From positions 1 through 21,998 of the forward strand of contig SUPR01000062.1 in NCBI GenBank assembly GCA_005191425.1: a stretch of 21,998 bases of DNA, given 5' to 3'. A program made the position numbers and the translations under genes. The notes beneath the pieces are model-generated. The model had not been told where the DNA came from. It saw only the letters and a list, made by a program, of their open reading frames with translations, and made no database searches. This DNA is from Candidatus Helarchaeota ASGARD archaeon Hel_GB_B (GTDB taxonomy: Archaea > Asgardarchaeota > Lokiarchaeia > Helarchaeales > HEL-GB-B). This document shows, one piece after another, positions 17,342-21,998 of this stretch. Position 1 is the stretch's first letter; each line of letters begins with the position of its first letter.

Positions 17342-18544
17342 ATGACTGACCAAAAACAAATCTATTCATCATTAGCCCTTTTAGGAGAAGATTTGCAGAT
17401 TGCTAAAGATGTATTAATTAAAATTAATGGCAAAAAAATTGTTGATATTGAAACTTCAATTACCAAACAAAGAAAAAAAGATGTCTCTGAAAATTTTTAC
17501 TTTGACAATTGTATTATTTTACCTGGTTTTATCAATGGCCATACTCATATTGGTGATTCTTTTGCAAAAGAATTAGGTTTTAAATTAAAAATAAATGAAA
17601 TCGTTCAATATCCAAAAGGTCTAAAACATTATCTTTTAGAAAAAATTGATGAAAATATTATAATTGATGGAATGATGAATTCTATCAAAGAAATGATATA
17701 TTCTGGAACTACTACTTTTGTTGATTTTAGAGAGGGGGGAATAAATGGTATTAATTTGCTTCAAAATGCAATAAATAATATATTAAAAATTAATCCAAAT
17801 CTTAAGATTAACAGAATTATCCTAGGGCGCCCTAAAAATGGGATTGAAGATATAGATAACTTATTTAAATACTGCGATGGTATTGGACTTAGTTCTACTA
17901 ACAAGTATTCTGATGAAGAATTAATAGAAATTAGTAAAAAATGTAAGAAGCTCAATAAAATAGCATCCGTCCATGTATCTGAAACTAAAGAAGAACGATT
18001 GTATGCAGATAGAGAATTTAACAATTCCGATGTTTATAGAGCAATTTTGTTGCTGGACGCTAACCCAATAGTCCATGCAATTCATATCACAAAAAAAGAT
18101 ATGACACTCATCAAAACTAAAAAAAGAGGAATTGTCGTCTGCCCCCGTGCTAACTCGTATTTTGGAGTGGGCTTCCCACCAATACAAGAATTTATTAAAG
18201 AAAATATCCCAATATGTATTGGAACTGACAATGTAATGGCAAACAGCTTGAATTTATTTAGAGAATTTGAATATATAATTAAATATTTAAGGTGCATCTT
18301 TGGACCAAAAATTATTAACTCAATAGATATCCTTAAAATGGCTACTATTTATCCTGCAAAAATCTTCAATCTAAAAAATAAAGGGAGCTTAGATATTGGT
18401 AAAGAAGCTGATATGATTGTACTAAATTTAAATAAACCACATCTACAACCTTTTAATAAAATTTTGGAGATTTTAACATTAAGAGCATGCCCCAGTGATA
18501 TTAAAACAATATTTTTAGAAGGTAATAAAATTGTACCAGAATAG
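17342..18544 (+). CDS. Amidohydrolase-superfamily metal-dependent deaminase
   Basis: GHTH, HVSE (HxxE), VHAIH and GTDN metal/catalytic motifs. Confidence 0.88.
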   Translation: MTDQKQIYSSLALLGEDLQIAKDVLIKINGKKIVDIETSITKQRKKDVSENFYFDNCIILPGFINGHTHIGDSFAKELGFKLKINEIVQYPKGLKHYLLEKIDENIIIDGMMNSIKEMIYSGTTTFVDFREGGINGINLLQNAINNILKINPNLKINRIILGRPKNGIEDIDNLFKYCDGIGLSSTNKYSDEELIEISKKCKKLNKIASVHVSETKEERLYADREFNNSDVYRAILLLDANPIVHAIHITKKDMTLIKTKKRGIVVCPRANSYFGVGFPPIQEFIKENIPICIGTDNVMANSLNLFREFEYIIKYLRCIFGPKIINSIDILKMATIYPAKIFNLKNKGSLDIGKEADMIVLNLNKPHLQPFNKILEILTLRACPSDIKTIFLEGNKIVPE

Positions 18545-19208
18545 ACCTTATTGTATTTTAAATGCTGCAATGTCTATAGATGGAAAAATAGCATCAATTA
18601 GTGGAAATACTGAACTTTCTAGCAGCGAAGACTGGATACGCGTCCATAAATTACGGTCTGAAGTTGATGGTATCGTTGTAGGGATAAATACAATTATTAA
18701 AGATGACCCAAAATTAAGAATTAAGTATTTTGACCGGAAATTTGGTCGATTACATAGAATAATTGTTGATAGTAATCTTAAAATTCCTCTAGATTCAAAA
18801 GTACTTACATTTGAAACTAATTTGTACCCATCTATAATTGCTACTACTGAAAATGCTCCACAATCTAAAATTAAAAAAATTAAATCAATTGACCCGAATA
18901 ACATTAGAATTATCAAATGCGGAAATAACAAAAGAGTGGACTTAACAATTATGACTAATAAATTAAAAAACTTGGGAATTAATAAAATTTTACTTGAGGG
19001 GGGTGGCACTTTGAATTTTTCAATGTTAAAAAATAAACTCGTTGATGAATTAATTATTGCAATTTCGCCAGTTATTCTTGGAGGAAAAGATGCACCTACT
19101 CTTGTTGATGGAACTGGGTTTGGATCCTTAAATGAATTCATAAAATTTTTTCTGATTAAAAAGCAATTAATTGGAAACAATTTAGTCTTGTGGTACAAAA
19201 TTAAATAA
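18531..19208 (+). CDS. arfC: 2,5-diamino-6-(ribosylamino)-4(3H)-pyrimidinone 5'-phosphate reductase (RibD C-terminal domain only)
   Basis: AAMSIDGKIA, VHKLRSEVDGIVVGINTIIKDDPKL and LLEGGGTLN; no N-terminal deaminase domain. TTG start with AAGGT 7 nt upstream. Confidence 0.88.
   Translation: MYQNRPYCILNAAMSIDGKIASISGNTELSSSEDWIRVHKLRSEVDGIVVGINTIIKDDPKLRIKYFDRKFGRLHRIIVDSNLKIPLDSKVLTFETNLYPSIIATTENAPQSKIKKIKSIDPNNIRIIKCGNNKRVDLTIMTNKLKNLGINKILLEGGGTLNFSMLKNKLVDELIIAISPVILGGKDAPTLVDGTGFGSLNEFIKFFLIKKQLIGNNLVLWYKIK
19094..19208 (+). repeat. Direct repeat copy 1 (arfC 3' end)
   Basis: Aligns without gaps to 20494-20608, 101 of 115 nt identical. Confidence 0.95.
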
Positions 19209-19472
19209 TATTTAAAATCAGTTGAACGATTAATCCTGAATACTGCAATTAAAATAATTCAAGCAAGAAATGGAACTGCAACATCCAATGAATTATATAC
19301 CAACGAAGATCAGGAAGATATTGGCACTACTTATATTCTAATAAAAAGAGATCTGCTAGGTTTTGTATCAAGACACTATAAAAATTTATTTGAAATTTTT
19401 AAAAAGGAATTATATTTTGATAAAGATAACGATAGATGGTATATTCAAAAAGATCATCATAAATCTAAATAA
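19209..19472 (+). pseudogene. Headless 87-codon open frame, probable remnant of a larger protein's C-terminus
   Basis: YLKSVERLILNTAIKIIQARNGTAT...FDKDNDRWYIQK...; no ATG, GTG or TTG in frame. Confidence 0.45.
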
Positions 19473-19627
19473 ATTTAAAAAAAATAAATCATAAAATATT
19501 ATTGCATTTGAATAAGTTAATTTTTCCTTTCTTATTATTTTATTTCCATTTCTGCTCAAGAACCTTTTCATACATCAAAATTTAAGAAGATGAAATATAC
19601 TTTTTATATTTAAGATATATATAGCTA

Positions 19628-19951
19628 TTATTTTTCAGCTTGGGAGAGTTCTAATGCACTACCCCTAATGCAAAAATGACTCCAACGGAGATTCATTAAC
19701 TTGTAAATCGGGCAATCTTTACACAAACATTCCTTTTTCTCAGTAATTATAGAACTCTTCCCTTCCATACAAAAGCCCAGAGATGTTTCTCCAGTCCCCT
19801 TATATGTGGGACATTTTCCGCAATGTTCTTTACACATAAATATTACTTGTTCTCTGCTCTCTCTTTTTTGTTTCTCGGACATTTTACTATATATCATCTT
19901 CATTTTTTCTTCAAAAGATGCATCTTTAAAATATTCTTCTTCGTCTGGCAT
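19628..19951 (-). CDS. DUF2769-like Cys-rich protein
   Basis: CGKCPTY...GFCMEGKS...CLCKDCPIY...FCIRG pattern. ATG at 19951 (track start is TTG 19966). Confidence 0.75.
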   Translation of the reverse strand: MPDEEEYFKDASFEEKMKMIYSKMSEKQKRESREQVIFMCKEHCGKCPTYKGTGETSLGFCMEGKSSIITEKKECLCKDCPIYKLMNLRWSHFCIRGSALELSQAEK

Positions 19952-20095
19952 AATCAAAATCCTCAAATTCGTTAAAAGATTTCTTTTAAAATCTCAAATT
20001 TCTAATACATTTTTTTTCTTTTTTAAATTATCGATGGTATTTTTTGGTATTGGATTATTAATTTGAAAATAAATAGATCAATCGAAGTTTTTTAA

Positions 20096-20296
20096 ACAAA
20101 AGAAGATTTAGGATATGCAGAGATCGTGGAGGAAAGAAACATTGGTAAGAAGAAATTAACATTTACTAAGGGATATAAAGAACCTAAAGCGTTGCGTTTA
20201 TTGCTAAGAGCGAAAATAAAAAATATTAATTATGAATTGGTGCATAAAATTATTAATGTATTCAGTGTGTTTAAAAATACAGTAGAGAAATTATGA
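20096..20296 (+). pseudogene. Degenerate fragment of a thermosome (group II chaperonin) gene
   Basis: TKEDLGYAEIVEERNIGKKKLTFTKGYKEPKALRLLLR...VFKNTVEK resembles thermosome EDLGYAELVEERKIG...FVxGCKNPKAVTILLRG...VVKxxxED; bounded by TAA 20093 and TGA 20294. Confidence 0.75.
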
Positions 20297-20493
20297 GCAT
20301 TTTAATAAAATATCAATTCAATTGATTAGATATAGTTGAAAGAATTAATAGAAGTCTATTCTTCTTTAACTTTAATGAAAGAGAAATTAAATTTAGTAAA
20401 AAATATAATTATTAAAATTTAAAATGAAACCATAATGGAAATTAAGTTTGATGTCTCTAATAGAGAAAAAAGGTTATTTTTGGAAAAAAATAT

Positions 20494-20608
20494 ACCTACA
20501 CTTGTTGATGGAGTTGGATTTAAGTCCTTAAATGAATTCATAAAACTTTTTCTAATTAAAAAGAAATAAATTGGAAATAACTTAGTCTTGTGGTATAAAA
20601 TTAAATAA
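20494..20608 (+). pseudogene. Direct repeat copy 2: degenerate arfC 3' end with a nonsense change
   Basis: PTLVDGVGFKSLNEFIKLFLIKKK*IGNNLVLWYKIK*; TTA changed to TAA at 20567. Confidence 0.9.
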
Positions 20609-20909
20609 CATATGAATTAGTCTATTATAATAAAACTAAAATGAATTCTAAAAAAACTTAACCAAATTAATTAAAAATTAAAAAAGATAATGTCTTTTAA
20701 TCACATTATTACGCAAATTAAGATCAATATATATGAGTTATTCAATATAATTATTGTTTTATTGTTATTTTATTAAATACTCAAGGTCAATTCTTGTAAT
20801 TTATTTTAATTTTTATTCAAACTCAGGATCATTTTGCTATTTTTCTCTTTAATTAAAATTTAATGAAACATTAATAATTTATTTTAAAACAATTTTAAAT
20901 AACTTCATC

Positions 20910-21632
20910 ATGAAAGGTGTCAAACCATTACCTGCTACTACTATTATATTATTGAGAAGTATTGGCAATGATACAAAAAATATCGAAGTGTTAATGACTA
21001 AAAGGCAGAATTATCTAAAATTTTTGGGAGGATATTATGTCTTTCCTGGTGGTAAAGTCGAAGAACAAGATTATTCAGATGTAAATTTAAGTAGAGTAAA
21101 AGGTATTAGTCAAAAAGATGCTCGTAAAATATTAAAAATAAAAAATAATAATGATGATAAAATATCTTTAGAATTCAATTACCTTGGATATTGGACAGCT
21201 GGAATCCGTGAATTGTTTGAGGAAATTGGCATTTTGTTGGCTACAAATAAATTTAATGATCCAATACCATTTCAATCTGTTGAAAAATTTAAAGATTATC
21301 GATTTAAAATTATTAATAACGAGATCACTATGTATGAAATGATGGTCAAAGAAGATTTATATTATTCTGCAGAAAAGTTAACCTATTATAACCGGTTTAT
21401 TACCCCTAAATTCTCTCCAAAACGGTTTGATACCCGCTTTTTCATTTGCAAATTTCCTGGAGAACAAATTAAAATTGACCCATACGAAAAAGAAATCTCT
21501 GAATTAATCTGGATAAAACCTAATGACGCTCTCAATAGAATCCAAAAAAAAGACCCAAATTTTAAACTGATTTTTCCTCAAATTGCAAGTCTTAAAGATT
21601 TAGAATATTTTGATTTAAATCTTTTAATTTAA
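20910..21632 (+). CDS. Nudix hydrolase, NUDT19-like (probable acyl-CoA diphosphatase)
   Basis: ATTIILLR, YVFPGGKVE, GIRELFEEIGILL and FITPKFSPKRFDTRFF. Confidence 0.8.
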   Translation: MKGVKPLPATTIILLRSIGNDTKNIEVLMTKRQNYLKFLGGYYVFPGGKVEEQDYSDVNLSRVKGISQKDARKILKIKNNNDDKISLEFNYLGYWTAGIRELFEEIGILLATNKFNDPIPFQSVEKFKDYRFKIINNEITMYEMMVKEDLYYSAEKLTYYNRFITPKFSPKRFDTRFFICKFPGEQIKIDPYEKEISELIWIKPNDALNRIQKKDPNFKLIFPQIASLKDLEYFDLNLLI

Positions 21633-21654
21633 TAAACTTTTGTTTTTGTACAAA

Positions 21655-21998
21655 ATGACGCACAAAAAAGATATAACGCTATTATTAAGTTCTGCATTCA
21701 TCTGGGGGACATCATTCCCCATTATCGAATGGAATATTAAATTTTTAGGAGTAAATTTCTATTTTTTCCTGCTTTTTAGATTCTTTTTGGCGTTTCTTGT
21801 TTCAATTTTTTTAATATTAATATTCAAAAGAGGACATCATTTTATCAGTTCATTAAAACAATTTAAAATTATTTTACTTGCAATACTAAATGTATTTGCA
21901 TTTATATTCCAATTTTATGGCCAAAACTTTACTACCGCTGGAAAGTCATCTCTGTTAATTAACCTAAATATAATTTTCGTCCCACTTTTAACTATTAC
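21655..21998 (+). CDS. EamA/DMT-family transporter, partial (runs off window; not in ORF track)
   Basis: MTHKKDITLLLSSAFIWGTSFPII...FRFFLA...FQFYGQNFTTAGKSSLLINLNIIFVPLL. Confidence 0.85.
   Translation, partial: MTHKKDITLLLSSAFIWGTSFPIIEWNIKFLGVNFYFFLLFRFFLAFLVSIFLILIFKRGHHFISSLKQFKIILLAILNVFAFIFQFYGQNFTTAGKSSLLINLNIIFVPLLTI

Noticed and set aside
17761-18570. Four minus-strand ORFs
   Set aside because: Antisense to the amidohydrolase; no recognisable features.
18548-19198. 216-aa minus-strand ORF
   Set aside because: Antisense shadow of arfC with no motifs.
19806-20066. 86-aa plus-strand ORF
   Set aside because: Mostly antisense to the DUF2769-like gene; low-complexity Phe/Ile content.
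20435-20569. 44-aa chimeric ORF MEIKFDVSNREKRLFLEKNIPTLVDG...
   Set aside because: Explained by a chance ATG upstream of the degenerate arfC copy; no evidence of function.

Overview
Very AT-rich archaeal window, most likely from an Asgard archaeon (inferred from a longin-like protein, V4R-fold proteins, stand-alone cofG/cofH, a reductase-only ribD/arfC and a thermosome fragment). It holds about 21 intact genes plus a partial EamA transporter at the right edge: acyl-CoA metabolism (MaoC dehydratase, acyl-CoA synthetase, FabK/NMO-like flavoprotein, NUDT19-like Nudix), an orphan N6-adenine methyltransferase, and a deazaflavin cluster (cofG-cofH divergent from amidohydrolase-arfC). No tRNA, rRNA, CRISPR array or transposase was seen. 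Most notable: (1) an amidohydrolase overlapping arfC, a candidate for the archaeal pyrimidine deaminase step; (2) a 115-bp, 88%-identical copy of the arfC 3' end exactly 1400 bp downstream, bracketing decayed gene fragments including a thermosome remnant; (3) a ~150-aa SCP2-like insertion in the acyl-CoA synthetase, whose upstream region carries a 5 x 15-bp tandem repeat; (4) a small gene that probably starts at ATT. Family assignments come from recognising motifs by eye, not from database searches.
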